Part shown: piece by piece, positions 41,125 through 55,420 of the stretch
How the letters are laid out: each line of letters starts with the position of its first letter
Position numbering within the stretch: the stretch's first letter is position 1
Source of the DNA: Eledone cirrhosa
Taxonomy: Eukaryota
Length of the DNA stretch: 64,000 nucleotides
Direction of reading: 5' to 3'
Assembly (NCBI GenBank): GCA_964016885.1
Contig: OZ024740.1
Location: 241,738,001-241,802,000, forward strand
Notes under the pieces: model-generated
Told to the model about the DNA's origin: nothing
Databases searched by the model: none
The model's input: only the letters and a program-made list of their open reading frames with translations
Program-made: the position numbers and the translations under genes

Positions 41125-41320
41125 TACGAGGGTGGGCGGGAAAGTTCATAGGCTGGCTATGAAGGAGTGATGCTAGAGCTGTGAAATCTTATATTCATAA
41201 ATATCTATTGCGTTCAAGGGACGATATTTAAAAAAATAAACCGCATTTGGTCATTCCATGAGAGTATCTTGGTCAACCTATGAATTTGTTGGCCTATGAA
41301 CTTTTCAGCGGACCTTCATA
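41125..41320. mobile_element. Mariner-type MITE
   Basis: TA-flanked imperfect TIRs tacgagggt...gaaagttcataggc / gcctatgaactttt...ccttcata. Confidence 0.75.
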
Positions 41321-42148
41321 TATTTGGAAAATGCTTTAAGTGGACAACATTGTTAATCAAGCGAGACACGCTAACGATATATTATTCTTGCTGATTACTG
41401 AAGAGAACTGTGCCACTACAGGGTATGTATTTGTTGCCATAAAGTATATTTGGTGAATTTTTGCTTTCCATGTATACAAAAAAATATTTGATGGGAAGCA
41501 TTTATTTTTCTCAGTATACTTTGACAATATATCGACAACGCTATTGGATTCATTTTTAATTACTAGCACCTCATTTTGTCGTTTCTCTCCACATCACGTT
41601 TCTATTATCATGTTATTTTCAATTAGAACTGTGTAGCAGGAAAAATTTTGGACTAATTGCCAAGCCTTCAGCTAAGAAGAACTTTGTATTTTATATTATC
41701 AAATTCAATAAAATAACATACTGTAATATAAATTAATTTTCTGAGGTTGTTTCTCTTGATTATACACTCTTCACTTATAACGTGTATGGCCTCGTTCCAA
41801 ATTGTTACTTAATATCGTCGAAGACTTCTTCCAAATCGTTACTAAGGCTACTTAAATGTGTACAGTTGATATATTTGCTTAGAGGAAGCGGAAAGGCTAT
41901 ATATTGTCACGCAACATTGCTATTTTAAGTTGTTTGTGTCTGCGTCTTGAAATGATATTATAGATGTCCTTGGACAACGTTCCAAACTCTTATATAATTA
42001 TAGCTTATATTCATAGTCATATTCTTACTTAACACATATAACGGGGCCAAAGTTGTGGACCTCCTCCGGTGGTCCCTGCAGACTGATCCCTTATCTCTGA
42101 TCTCGATCAGGCGAACGACAACCACCTGAGACAGCAACAGACTCATAC

Positions 42149-42150
<2 letters not shown>

Positions 42151-42180
<30 letters not shown>

Positions 42181-42255
42181 AAGAAGAAGAAGAAGAAGAA
42201 GAAGAAGAAGAAGAAGAAGAAGAAGAAGAAGAAGAAGAAGAAGAAGAAGAAGAAG
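42151..42255. repeat. (AAG)n microsatellite
   Basis: Directly visible. Confidence 0.97.
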
Positions 42256-42416
42256 ACATAACCATAGCCGACGTTTGTTATGATGTTGCTTAATGTCTAA
42301 TCCAACTTATTAATCATTGTAAATGTCACAAGTGTTCACTGTTTGATTAAACACGTAAAAATAGTTATCAAAGAAATGAAGCAATGAAGTAAAGCGAATG
42401 TAGTAAAAGTTCTCAC

Positions 42417-42453
42417 TTGACGCTTCTGTTCGGTCATAGGCAGCAACTGTCGT
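42417..42453 (-). CDS. Secreted double-VWA protein, coding exon 2 (end of signal peptide)
   Basis: tttcctctttcttttacag|ACGACAGTTGCTGCCTATGACCGAACAGAAGCGTCAA|gtgaga; 37 nt, phase 0 to 1; TTVAAYDRTEAS bridges exons 1 and 3 in frame. Confidence 0.8.
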
Positions 42454-44462
42454 CTGTAAAAGAAAGAGGAAATATTCGTTTATTTATCTCTACACATTTG
42501 GTTTTCATACCTGAAGGGTAGAGCGGCAAATTGACACAGTTGTTAGAATGTAGGATAGAATGGTTTGCGGTATTCCTCCCGGTTCTCCACTCTAGGTTCA
42601 AAACCAATCGAGGTTTACTTTGCCTTTCATCGTTTTGAAGTCGATAACAAAAGGACGCGTTCAGTACATGAGTTGATTTGTCGTCCATTTATCATTTTTA
42701 CTCTGTCGTCCTCGCTCTCTTTCTTCTCTGAAAGAAATCAGATATATTTTGACCTGAAGATAGGATGGGCACCGAAAGATGTAGAGTGACCAAAATGCCA
42801 CCAAAAGTTACAGGTTCATACATACAACTGTAGAGCATATTAAGTCTTCAAGAAAATAGAATTTGGCGCAACTGTTCTACATGGCTTTTATAATTGTGAC
42901 ACACTGAGCTGCGTTCACAGAAGTTGGTATACATGCATCTTTGAATGCGTCCGTATCAATTCTTTTAAAAACTTCTATCTCTTAAACACACATACACACA
43001 TAAATCTACATCCGCACACATACACAAACTAACATACGAACACTCACATACGACCGCAGGCGTATGAATCTATAGAAGTCAGCAATATCCCAGAGTCCAA
43101 TATGAGCCTGTTGACCTACATATCACAATTTGAGCCAATACAGGATCCACAAGTTCGGACGGGAGGTAGACATTTGTAATTCAACGGGAGAAGAGATGCT
43201 ATATTGATTGCATCGTAGTGCCTTAAGTGGTCACGTTTATCCCCATCAAGATGATTTTGCCTTGCTCGCCTGTTTTAGATAAAAGGCTGTCTAATCTAGT
43301 GAAAAATTCCTTTTTAACAACTGTGTCTGCGTCGGGTATGCGCTCAAACATTTTAATGATTGCCGCAAGTTCTATACGGGAAGTCATAGATGGTTTACAA
43401 TAGTCCAATCGAATAAATCGAAGCAGAAATAAGTCATGTTTACGACACCATTTCAAACCTCTCTTATTGAGAATAGAGGATGAGCAGATGAGATTCTAAA
43501 GACAACTAAGAGGCAGCTGCTCTCATACACACACGTCTCTCGGTCACAACTACCTTCGTTTGATTTCACGATTAGAATTTCTTGATGTTACAATCCTGTT
43601 CTCATTGCCACTTGATAATCGCTCTGGGCGATAGAGCATCTCTGGGCAACATCTGTGCATGGTTTTATTTAGCATTGAGAAGCTGTTGTACATCAGTTTC
43701 CTCCTGATCTTTACATTGAAATACCTTAATCCAAAGACAATATATCCATGACGATTGCAGGTAGCCGAATTTTACAACAATTATCCGTTAAAATCATGAA
43801 TTCCACTTCCATCTGTTCCAGTGGATGAGAGTTCACCGTAATTCAGGCATGGAGGCAAGAGAAGTTGTTAGACTTGCCAGAGGGGATGACACCCATGTAG
43901 GAAAATCGTAGCTTAATAGACAACTGCGACCATTTACCCAAGGTCTCGCATTGGTATTCAACTAATAAGCACGCCGTTTGTGAAGCCAAATGCTTAGCCA
44001 TACTGCGATGTCAGCGCCCAAGTTGTCTGTTCAATACAATCCAAACATAACAATTGCGTACAAGTGTATAATCCCACTTATACGGGGATATGCTGACAAA
44101 CAGTTATACTCGCTATTTTACCGTATTTCATTGAACAGACTTCTATTTCTAGCTAACTTTATCGTTAGCACATTTTAGTTGAAATAGCTACTTTAGGTAC
44201 CATATTGCTTTTCATGTATCAAATGTCAACAAAATAAGTATCTGTAACACACTGAAGATGATATTGTTTGGACTCAGGCCAGCTCTGCTCGATCAAAATG
44301 GGAAATTACAATGTTTCTTATATAAAAATCTAAAATGAAATATCGTCAAATAACGATTGATGTCAAGATGACATAAAGTAAAAGCCAGTGTATAGTATTA
44401 CATTTGACAGCATTCATTAATATACGCATGGGCACGCGCACACACATACACACACACACACG

Positions 44463-44529
<67 letters not shown>

Positions 44530-44702
44530 ACAAACACACACTAACACACACACACACACTCGCAAACACACACACACATACCCACACACACATATATATA
44601 TATGCATAATGCATACCCACACCATATGTATGTGTTTACATATTTCAATTTACGTATTTCATTTTATCTTTATATATATGTATATATTTCTGTCTATTTA
44701 GG

Positions 44703-44733
<31 letters not shown>

Positions 44734-45042
44734 GTATGTTATCTCTTTCTCTTAATTTCGAGTATATTTTTTTGACCGGCCACCTTCCTGGTGGCAAGGT
44801 TGTAAAAGAAAAGAAATTGTCATCCCTTGAATCGCAAGAATGTTTTGCAAATTTTGAAGATGCCAGCTATCGCAGCCATTTGTAGACTGTGAATTAGGGA
44901 GCTGCGCTCTTTGTCCGCAAATCCAAGTTCAGTTATACTTTGGTCCAAGCGGGTTGGTATATAACCCGTATGTATGTATGTATGTATGTATGTCTATTCA
45001 AATGCATTCATACTCTCATTATTTTTATACACCAGGTGGAAG

Positions 45043-45222
45043 GGCGGTGGTTTGGTAGTATCGGTAGAGGGTCGGACGCCATGCTTTCCAGCATAGTTAC
45101 GTCTCTTTACGATCTGAGTTCAAATCCCGCCGAGGTTGACTTTGCCTTTCATCCTTACGGGGTCGATAAAATAAAGTACCAGTAATGCACTTGCTGGCCT
45201 TGTGCCTAAAGTAGAAACAATT
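45043..45222 (+). mobile_element. Nin/Deu-domain tRNA-SINE
   Basis: A and B boxes; TSD attatttttatacac (45018-45032 / 45220-45234). Confidence 0.88.
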
Positions 45223-45923
45223 ATTTTTATACACTATGTGCATACACCTTATTCGCATATACTCTCAATAAATATCATTTAAAGTTTTCCTGAATGAAAA
45301 GAGATGCTGTTTCAGAATTAATCTTCTTACAACATGGCTTCATATTTCTGTTAAACGGATTACTTTGATACTATATATCTCAGTGGATTTCCGGGTAATC
45401 TGCATTAATCAATACAAATATTCGCAGAACGCCTGCACTTAATAATTTATATATAGTTTTATTAAAATTTGGGTTGAAATATAATCCATGTCTGCTTCGT
45501 AAGTTTTCAAATTTCCTTGCTCTCTTTAAACCGGAAAGACGCAGTGATATTTTACTCCTAGATACTCTGTGTTTAAAAATAGTGGGGTGGTGGTTAAAAA
45601 AGTAAGCTGTAATAAATTTTATAAGATGACACCTTGATTACAACTAACCGAAATTTTAGAAAAGAGATAAATACAAAATATGTTTGGTTTAACTCATTAT
45701 TACATTTCTAATGAAATACACTGTTTATGATTTTCGAATAATTTTGAACATATTTAAGAATTTGGAGGGATTTGGTAATATAATTGACTTTATCGTTATA
45801 AGATTGGTGTTTGAAGCACAGCATAACTAAAGTTCTTATACAAGCACGCATACTCTCTCTCTCTCACACACACACACTCACACTCACAGATATACACACG
45901 TATCTATGTATGTATAAAAGCAT

Positions 45924-45956
<33 letters not shown>

Positions 45957-46446
45957 ACGAAGGAAATGTGGTAAGGAACCAGGTGGACCATAACGCACCA
46001 AAGTACTCAATACTTAGGGTAGTAGAGTGGGTAATAGGAACAAGTAAGACCCCGACGGCTGAGCTCAAGCCGTTTCGACGGCTAATTCTGGACTCGAATT
46101 AGCCGTCGAAACGGCTTGAACTCAGCCGTCGGGGTCTTACTTGTTCCTATATATATATAAATGTATATATACATGTAAACATACTTATGTATGAATCCGT
46201 GCATAGTGCATTAGAATACGCTACAGTCCAGTCTTTTTCCTGCTCTTCGTTGTGTCTGCTTTCTGTTCATATATCCCGTTACAACTCCTTGTCCAAAATC
46301 ATCCTCCAGGACACAATCAAGGGAGGGCGAAGGATAGGCAGCCAAAGTAAATCCTAGTCCGACAACATCAAAGACTGGATTGGTCATAACACAGAAACCC
46401 TTCTACGCATGACGGATAATAGATATATATATATATATATATATAC

Positions 46447-46484
<38 letters not shown>

Positions 46485-46512
46485 GTATATATATATATAT
46501 ATATATATATAC

Positions 46513-46550
<38 letters not shown>

Positions 46551-46578
46551 GTATATATATATATATATATATATATAC

Positions 46579-46612
<34 letters not shown>

Positions 46613-46626
46613 GTATATATATATAC

Positions 46627-46698
<72 letters not shown>

Positions 46699-46729
46699 GT
46701 ATATATATAATATATATATATATATATAC

Positions 46730-46815
<86 letters not shown>

Positions 46816-46905
46816 GTATATATATATATATATATTATATATATACGTATATATATATATATATATATATATACGTATATATATATATATATATTATATA
46901 TATAC

Positions 46906-46965
<60 letters not shown>

Positions 46966-47386
46966 GTATATATACATATGTATATATATATATACATATG
47001 CATATATATATATATATACATATGTATGTGTATGTGTGTATTCATTTATTAAGGCTAAATAGTGGGTCTTGTTACTCTGGAGCTTCGCCTGTTTATCATA
47101 TCAGACCCGGTAAAAAAACAGGCCAAACCCCAGAGTAACAGGACTCACTATTTAACCTTAAATCAATATTAAAACTCTTCTTCAGTATTGAGTACTCTTT
47201 TCTCTCAGCTCTCAAACACATACGGATATATATATATATATTATTACCATAACAGAAGCCCGACGAGCTTTTGATTCCAGAGTCGGGCGAGATCGATACA
47301 GATCGAGCCTTGGGCTGATTAATCACGAAACGCACGTCACACCTCAATAAATGAAATGAAGACCTAACACCTCATCCTTCTTATTA

Positions 47387-47441
<55 letters not shown>

Positions 47442-47451
47442 GTATATATAT

Positions 47452-47582
<131 letters not shown>

Positions 47583-47598
47583 TATATATATAATATAT

Positions 47599-47644
<46 letters not shown>

Positions 47645-47708
47645 TATTAAAAAATCAGGAAAGAAGAGTGACACGGTTTGCTATACAAAAAAGGTTTTTA
47701 ATCTCATT

Positions 47709-47814
47709 GCTGACAATTGTTTCTCTGAACTGGTAGGCCTAGAGATCGCTAGCCGCTTGTTTTCACGTTATTCGATCACCAATACAAAGTTATAACCAGT
47801 CAATTCATCGGAGC
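47709..47814 (-). ncRNA. Hammerhead-like motif with long stem II insert, U4 changed to C
   Basis: gct-CCGATGA-...actggt...accagt...-GAAA-caatt-GTC-agc. Confidence 0.5.
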
Positions 47815-47862
47815 TTGTGAGAATGAAAGGAATATACAAGCATGGCTACTATATATAGTAGT

Positions 47863-48216
47863 AATTGTTTCTACTTTAGGCACAAGGCCAGCAATTACCC
47901 AGTGCATTACTGGTACTTTATTTTATCGACCCCGTAAGGATGAAAGGCAAAGTCAACCTCGGCGGGATTTGAACTCAGATCGTAAAAGGACGTAACTATG
48001 CTGGAAAGCATGGCGCCGACCCTCTACCGATACTGCCAATCCACCGCCCTTATATATATATAGTAATTGTTTCTACTTTTGGCACAAGGCCATCAATTAT
48101 CCCAGTGCATTACTGGTACTTTATTTTATCGACCTCGTAAGGATGAAAGGCAAAGTCAACCTCGGCGGGATTTGAACTCAGATCGTAAAGGGACGTAACT
48201 ATGCTGGAAAGCATGG
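47863..48216 (-). mobile_element. Two tandem Nin/Deu-domain tRNA-SINEs (47863-48049 full length; 48065-48216 5'-truncated)
   Basis: Nearly identical copies of the family. Confidence 0.88.
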
Positions 48217-48414
48217 TGATGGCATTCAATCAGAACAATAACAACAATACTAACAATGCTAGCAATAAATTATTTGAAATAATCACAACATCAATCTAGG
48301 TGGGAAGTATAGTATATCTACGATTTTAGCGTGTAAAACTAGCTGACATGAGACAGATGTATAAAATTGACATGTAAAATCTGTCATGGGGTGTATTATA
48401 TATATATATAGTGT

Positions 48415-48445
<31 letters not shown>

Positions 48446-48695
48446 GCTAAACAAAATAATGTTTGAAGCTTGTTTCTTTCCCCTACGGTTAGCTATACTC
48501 TTTGTTGTTCTCCTGTCTCACTCGCTTTACGCGTTTCAATTGTCCTAATAACTTATTTTGGTTATTATTGCACCGACGTGAGGTATATGATTTTTAATGC
48601 AATGAAATATCTATGATCGTCGGCAAATCACTGATGAGGGACTCATTTTATTACATGTTATCCATGTGCTACCTGCAGTATTTTTCTCTATATTT

Positions 48696-48731
<36 letters not shown>

Positions 48732-49615
48732 CTTTAAAACCATTCTGTTGAGAACTTAATTTGTTTTGTGATATTTTGCAATTTTGTAATATTACACATA
48801 CTGAATTCAGCCGCCAAAAATAAGGGTTGCCTCCCTTGCCGACCTCCACGTGGGTATTGGTAACGGTCAAACCTTGGCCTGGCACTTGAACTGAAACCTT
48901 TTGAGAAAGTGACTTTCTTGTTCAATCATCTTACCAGAAGCCTAACATTATTTGTCTAAGCGGACAGTACTTGATTTAGGAGTCGCAGAAACCCAAATGC
49001 TGCATTTTTACCAACCATCCAGGGGTCCGGGTAAATTTTTCAATCACATATTTTTATTTGTTTGACCCGAATTACTTGGTCGTTTCTATGGCTGTGCGGA
49101 TAATGGTTTAACCATCGTCTCAGTGTGTTTGGCCTTTTAACGTATGTTGTAGCTCTGGTTCGTTAGAATCTATTGAGCGCTTGCCACACGTCTCGGAAGT
49201 TGTTTTTCGCTAATTTCCAATAGCCGAAATACGATTCTCGCTAATTTATATTTGTATATATATATATATATGTTGACTTTTTATGTTCTACATTATGCAC
49301 GTTTTTTTTTCCTTTTACCTTTTTCTATTTTCTTTTTTGTGTATAAAACTATGGATTATATACAAGTTTCTACATAACCTGGAAATTATTTATCCCAAAT
49401 TGTAGAAATCTTATAACGAAACGGCCGTCTGAAAGAAATGAGCTATTTATTTAATAATGTCTCATATAAAATAATACAACCAATTATCCACGAAATACTG
49501 ATTAGTTAGCACCCCAAACACTAAATTTGGATAATATCTAAATTGGTATATCCTAATGTTTGTTGAGTGAGATGGAGTTGGTCGGAGTATCGCTTAAGGC
49601 TTTCTCTGTTTATGT

Positions 49616-49676
<61 letters not shown>

Positions 49677-49811
49677 AGGAGGTGTAGGAGGTGAGTTTTA
49701 TTGTAGTACAACAAAGCAATATGCAGATATCGGATAAGTAGCACACTACAGTTTGTAGGACTGGAGTATATATAATATATAAGATCAAAAGATGGTTAAA
49801 AGAGTTCCATG

Positions 49812-49882
49812 TATTTTATTATGCGTATTTCAAAAACAAATATCATCATGCAATGACATTTGCGTTTTCGTCAGATAAAATA
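49812..49882 (-). ncRNA. Type I hammerhead, same family as 2017-2087, sense to the host intron
   Basis: tattttat-CTGACGA-aaacgcaaatgtcatt(gcat)gatgatatttgttttt-GAAA-tacgc-ATA-ataaaata. Confidence 0.75.
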
Positions 49883-50072
49883 GGGAGACATGATATGAAG
49901 GTTAAAAAACACTTGTGAATAGTGCAGTTTTAAATCAACATATATGTATATATAGAGAATACTGGTAATAGGATAGTAATTAATGACTATCTCTCACTAT
50001 TTAGGGTTTGTATATATAATATATTACCATTAAAGGTTTTATTGCATACATAACCATAAATAGTACCCTTAA

Positions 50073-50106
<34 letters not shown>

Positions 50107-50118
50107 AGTTGTAATATA

Positions 50119-50219
50119 ATGAAACGAAATTTCATTTCTCACTCTTAGTACGGCACTTACTTAAATATAAGTATGTATGTATACGTACATACATATATGT
50201 ATACAGACGTACAGTAGCA

Positions 50220-50295
<76 letters not shown>

Positions 50296-50599
50296 TACAT
50301 ATATACATATATACATACAGGTACACATATATATGTACGTATCAGTTTAGCGGGCGTTTATTATAACGCCCGCTTTGTCAAAAAAAAAAAAAGGTGACGT
50401 GGTTGCCTTAACACCGTACAGCACAAATCAGGCTGTCCGTTTGTTTACAAACGGACAAAGCGGGCGTTATAATAAACGTCCTCTAAACTGATACGTACAT
50501 ATATATATATGTGTACCTGTATGTATATATGTATATATATATATATATGCATGCTACTGTACGTCTGTATACATATATGTATGTACGTATACATACATA

Positions 50600-50603
<4 letters not shown>
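50119..50603. mobile_element. Fold-back derivative of the ~490-bp repeat lacking the HHR
   Basis: 50119-50380 forward, 50388-50603 inverted. Confidence 0.8.
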
Positions 50604-50684
<81 letters not shown>

Positions 50685-50883
50685 CGCAAATGTCATCGCA
50701 AATGTCATCGCATGATGATATATATATATATATATATATATAATTGAAATAGTACGGTCTAACCGTAATATTTTGACTAAATCGTATAGTTTAATTACGG
50801 TAAACGATAGGTAGCAGCACCCATGTTTTCCCGTTCAGTGAGTTTATATGCCCCGTAATGAGACTATATTATTTTACGGCGAA

Positions 50884-51152
50884 GGTGGTAGATTGGCAGT
50901 ATCGTTAGAGGGTCGGACGCTATGCTTTGCAGCATAGAGTTGTGGCCCTTTACGGTCTGAAGGTGGTAGATTGGCAGTATCGTTAGAGGGTCGGACGCTA
51001 TGCTTTGCAGCATAGAGTTGTGGCCCTTTACGGTCTGAGTTCAAATCCCGCCGCGGTAAACTTTGCCTTTCATCCTTACGGGGGTCGATAAAATAAAGCA
51101 GCAGTAATGTACTGGTGTAAATGCTGGCCTTGTGCCAAAAATAGAAACAATT
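50884..51152 (+). mobile_element. Nin/Deu-domain tRNA-SINE with a duplicated ~77-bp head
   Basis: Head repeated in tandem; TSD ttattttacggcgaag. Confidence 0.88.
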
Positions 51153-51453
51153 ATTTTACGGCGAAGCTTCTATTTCTATTTCAATTCCGAACTTCACTCG
51201 CTGCGTTCCAAACATACTTCCTTCGCTTACACCCGCCCCCCACACATATATATATATATATATATATAGGAACGAGTAGTACCCCGACGGCTGAGCTCAA
51301 GCCGTTTCGACGGCTAATTCTGGATTAGCCGCCGAAACGTCTTGAGCTCAGCCGTCGGGGTCCTACTCGTTCCTATTACCCACTCTACTACCCTAAGTAT
51401 TGAGTACTTTGGTGCGTTATGGTCCACCTGGTTCCTTACCACATTTCCTTCGT

Positions 51454-51489
<36 letters not shown>

Positions 51490-52635
51490 TACATACATAT
51501 TTGTATGTGTAAGTGTGATTGTGAGTGTGTCAATCCCTATCTTCTTGTTACATCGTTACATCGTCTTTAAGCCTACAGATATCCGGTTCTATTCACATTG
51601 ACCTCAACTGGAAATACATTGAATATTCGCGGAAGTAACACCAACCTTACACTAAATGGGATCGGACAGAAACATTTTCTTTTCTATCGTATAATGTTTG
51701 AAGAATGAATTTTATTTTTGAATACTAAAGCTAAGTCAACTTCGAATTCGTTAAATTAATGTGTAAATGAAATGTTAACCTAATTTTCCGGCTGAATTCT
51801 ATGATAATAACATGTACTTTATAGGTTCTTCAATTCACTCAACCAGGTGTGCATCGTTTGTTTTTGGTCTGTTTCATTTAGAGGACCTAGTGTCACTGAG
51901 CGCTATGATACAGCTGTATCGAGACCTTGATAATATTTATAGCAAGTCAAACCTTGGGCATTCTTGCATCCGCACTCGCCTGTATATATGCGTACATAAA
52001 ATACATATATGTGGAATACTATAACTGATCACTCGCCTGCTAGAAATAGCAGTCAAATCTCCCTTAAAACGCAGTTTACTATCTAGGGAAATGAGAGGGC
52101 ACGTTAGATATTTTAGTCCTTCATCCGAGATCGTGAAGACTGGAATGCTTTTGACAATAGGGTTGGTCAAACAACATCGCCATGGGCCTTAACAATAACA
52201 AGTGCAACACACAGTCACCCATCAATGCACACCTAGCAACAACACGTTAATTAAATCACGTTGGAGATTCAAAATTACCGTATTAACACTGGCTTCATAA
52301 TAAGACAGCAACGGCTAAACTGTATAGAGCCAACGAAGGTACCTCAATGCAGTCCTTAGGCGAGCTTAAGACACCAACCAAATTCTTCTGAATCCCTCCC
52401 TACTGTATTTTTAAAAAGTGAAATTTCACATTGAATAATAAAGGATAGGGCATACACAAACGAAATGATAACGACTGAAACTCCACTGATAATAAATTTG
52501 CTGAATCAGGGCTGGCCTGGAGCTAAACAAAACAATAACAACAATGAATACAGCATCATTACTTTAAAACAGTACCAGTAATACACTGGGTAATTTGCTG
52601 GCCTTGTCCCTAAAGTAGAAACAATTACTTTAAAA

Positions 52636-53062
52636 CAGGGGTATGCAACATATTCCATTGGCGGTCCACTTTTGAACATTGGAACAACTATTAGGATCAT
52701 TAATATTTATTAAGCACTATTCGAAAGATTCACCACAACTTCTTCCCATAACATGGAACTGGGAAATTATAACACACACAACCCTATCAGAACAACTATT
52801 AGGGCCATTAATATTTATTAAGCACTATTCGAAAGATTCACCACAACTTCTTTCTATAACATGGAACTGGGAAATTATAACACACACAACCCTATCAGTG
52901 AAGCCCTTTAGTATAGGTCAACTAACAGAAAATTGTATTACGGTTACGAAAAAAATTTTAAATAAGCCTACAAGGTAAACATTAAAAACGGTCATCGCGG
53001 GCCACTCTGACTGGTCTGGCAGGCCGGATTGTGGCCTGCGGGCCGCCTGTTGCACGCCCCTG
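52636..53062. mobile_element. hAT-type MITE with an internal ~108-bp tandem duplication
   Basis: TIRs caggggtatgcaaca / tgttgcacgcccctg; 8-bp TSD ctttaaaa / gtttaaaa. Confidence 0.75.
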
Positions 53063-53141
53063 GTTTAAAAGAATCAGATGAAATCAAGAATGCATGAAAA
53101 ATATACAAGAGTATAAATATTGCAATGAATAAATAACTTAC

Positions 53142-53174
53142 CAGAAGCGCAGCAAAAATAATGATATTTTTCAT
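53142..53174 (-). CDS. Secreted double-VWA protein, coding exon 1 (start and signal peptide)
   Basis: aaccATG AAA AAT ATC ATT ATT TTT GCT GCG CTT CTG|gtaagt; MKNIIIFAALL, phase 0. Confidence 0.82.
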
Positions 53175-53213
53175 GGTTAATTTTGTTTTGAAGAAAGAAA
53201 CAATGCAATGGTC

Positions 53214-53250
53214 GGACTGTAATAAACAAATGTATTAGCACAATATATAA
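53214..53250 (-). promoter_or_regulatory. Possible TATA box plus initiator, or a splice acceptor for an upstream non-coding exon
   Basis: TTATATAT lies about 28 nt upstream of ttaCAGTC, which is about 45 nt before the ATG; both readings fit. Confidence 0.3.
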
Positions 53251-53370
53251 TTGGAACTTTCCGGAAAGAGGGCGGATATATCAAAATATTTGTGATAATG
53301 TCAATTGAAATATTTCCTCTCGCCAACTCCACCACCATTATTCCGAACACCCACCTATGGCAATCAATCG

Positions 53371-53408
<38 letters not shown>

Positions 53409-53865
53409 TTCGTCATCATCATCATCTCCGGTGTCATCATCCCCTATAGTCATCAACGCCAATAATCGTCATCATCATCACCACAGCTGCCATTGTCATC
53501 ATTATCATCATCATCTTCATGATCCTCCCCTCCTCCGCCTACCCCTCCTCTTCCTTCTCCCCCTTCCTCCTCCTCATCGTCATCGTCATCATCCTTAGCT
53601 TATAACACGGATATCAAAGGCCTCCCACTAGAATATTTTCTCTTCCCCAAATTATATTTCCTGTCTCCCATATTTTCAATGTTTACAGTGTATTCTTTGT
53701 TGATAGAATTAGCCTGTGCCCTATATAACATCAGTATTGGCTCAGCTGCATGCCTTTAGCCAGGTATGACACATGTACCAAACTCTTATGTGATTACTTT
53801 CTTTCAAGTGTCTAGGCCAGGAATGCGGCCTGGGGATAACCTCCTCTTTTCCTACCACTAATAAC

Positions 53866-54079
53866 GATTTCTAGTATAGGCACAAGGCCAGTAATTTTGA
53901 GGTGGAGAGAGTTGATTAAATCGACTCCAGTACGTTACTGGTGCTTAATGTTATCGACCCCGTAAGGATGAAAGGCAAAGTTAACCTCGGCGAGATATGA
54001 ACTCAGACCGCAAAGGGCCGTAACTCTATGCTGCAAAGCACGGTGTCCGACTCGCTACCGGTACTGCCAATCCACCGCC
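53866..54079 (-). mobile_element. Nin/Deu-domain tRNA-SINE
   Basis: Family match; TSD ccactaataac. Confidence 0.85.
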
Positions 54080-54614
54080 TTCCACTAATAACAGAACGCC
54101 CTGAAAAGAGTAATCAGCACTGCTCTTCCTTGTCTAACGAAGCCACTTTAAAAGTCGGAAATATACTGATTATCAAATAGTAGGGAAATTGAAACAATGG
54201 ATTTTGAACTTAAAAATTCAAAAATCTCATCACAAAGTACTGAAGCAGTAACTCGCACAAAGGGACCATCTCAAAGATATATTCCTTTAATTTTTACTAC
54301 AGTTATATAAAGACAGAGAGAGAGGGGGGGGCAGAGAGAGAGAGAGAGTGCGAGTAAGAGATATATAGAGAGAAAGAGAGAGAGAGAGAGTGTGCGTGCG
54401 AGAGAGAGTGTGCGCGCGAGAGAGTGTGCGCGCGAGAGAGAGATAGAGAGAGAAGGAGAGAGAAGGAGAGAGAAAGAGAGAGAGAGAGAGAAATGGAGAG
54501 ATGTACAAATAAACAGAAAGAGGAAGAGTGTATGTGTGAGAGAGAGAAAGAGTGAGAGAGATAGAGAGAGACGTTATGATAGTTGAAGTTAGGTTACATT
54601 AATTCATTACTCTA

Positions 54615-54802
54615 GGGCGGTGAATTGGCAGTATCGGTAGAGGGTCGGACGCCATGCTTTCCAGCATAGTTACGTCCCTTTATGATCTGAGTTCAAATAC
54701 GGCCGAGGTTAACTTTGCCTTTCATCCTTACGGGATCGATAAAATAAAGTACCAGTAATGTACTGGGTAATTGCTGGCCTTGTGCCTAAAGTAGAAAAAA
54801 TT
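54615..54802 (+). mobile_element. Nin/Deu-domain tRNA-SINE
   Basis: Family match; TSD ttaattcattactcta. Confidence 0.88.
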
Positions 54803-55271
54803 AATTCATTACTCTACATTGAAATATTAAATACAATATCAATAGATATGGTCGAATGGTTCGATCCCTAAGGGCGGCACTTATGGAAAGTGTTTTCTAC
54901 ATTATATATAATTAGGTCACCTCAATCGTTGTTAGTGAAATTGAATAGCTCAATAGACTTTACCTATATTTAAATATCCAACCTTGTCACACGCAATGAC
55001 ATACTGGTCTAATTTGAGTATCATTTTAAACGTACAATTATTCCTGGATACTCAACCATTCCATAACATTTATGTGTATGTATGTATGTATTTATGTTCA
55101 GCGCATCGGTAGGGGTTCTCCTACATGGATATAAAGTAGTGGCCGTACTCTAAAAAGAGTTGGCAGCCACCATGTATGTATGTATGCATGCATGTATGTA
55201 TGTATGTGTGTGTGTATGTATGTATGTGTGTATGTATGTATGTATGTATGTATTTATGTCAGGTCACCAGT

Positions 55272-55420
55272 TGGTGCTACTGGTAACATGTATCCCAGTA
55301 CAACCTGTCTCATGGTCGGGTCGTTGGCGCCTAAACTGGCAACCCCACCAAGGTTTCTTGGTGAGGAGGGTGACTTTGGACATCCTGCAGGACTAAAAAC
55401 AAAACCTGTCAAAGGGCAAA
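55272..55420 (+). repeat. Dispersed repeat, also present inverted at about 5598-5741 (possibly RTE-associated)
   Basis: gtgctactggtaacatgta...catggtcgggtc...caaccccaccaa...cctgcagga..aaaacaaaacctg shared by both sites. Confidence 0.65.

Noticed and set aside
42900-43760. Possible LINE endonuclease relic on the minus strand (KIILMG...)
   Set aside because: Too degraded to assign by eye.
53177-53598. Poly-Met and poly-Ser/His ORFs upstream of exon 1
   Set aside because: Derived from (CAT)n and (CCT)n low-complexity sequence.
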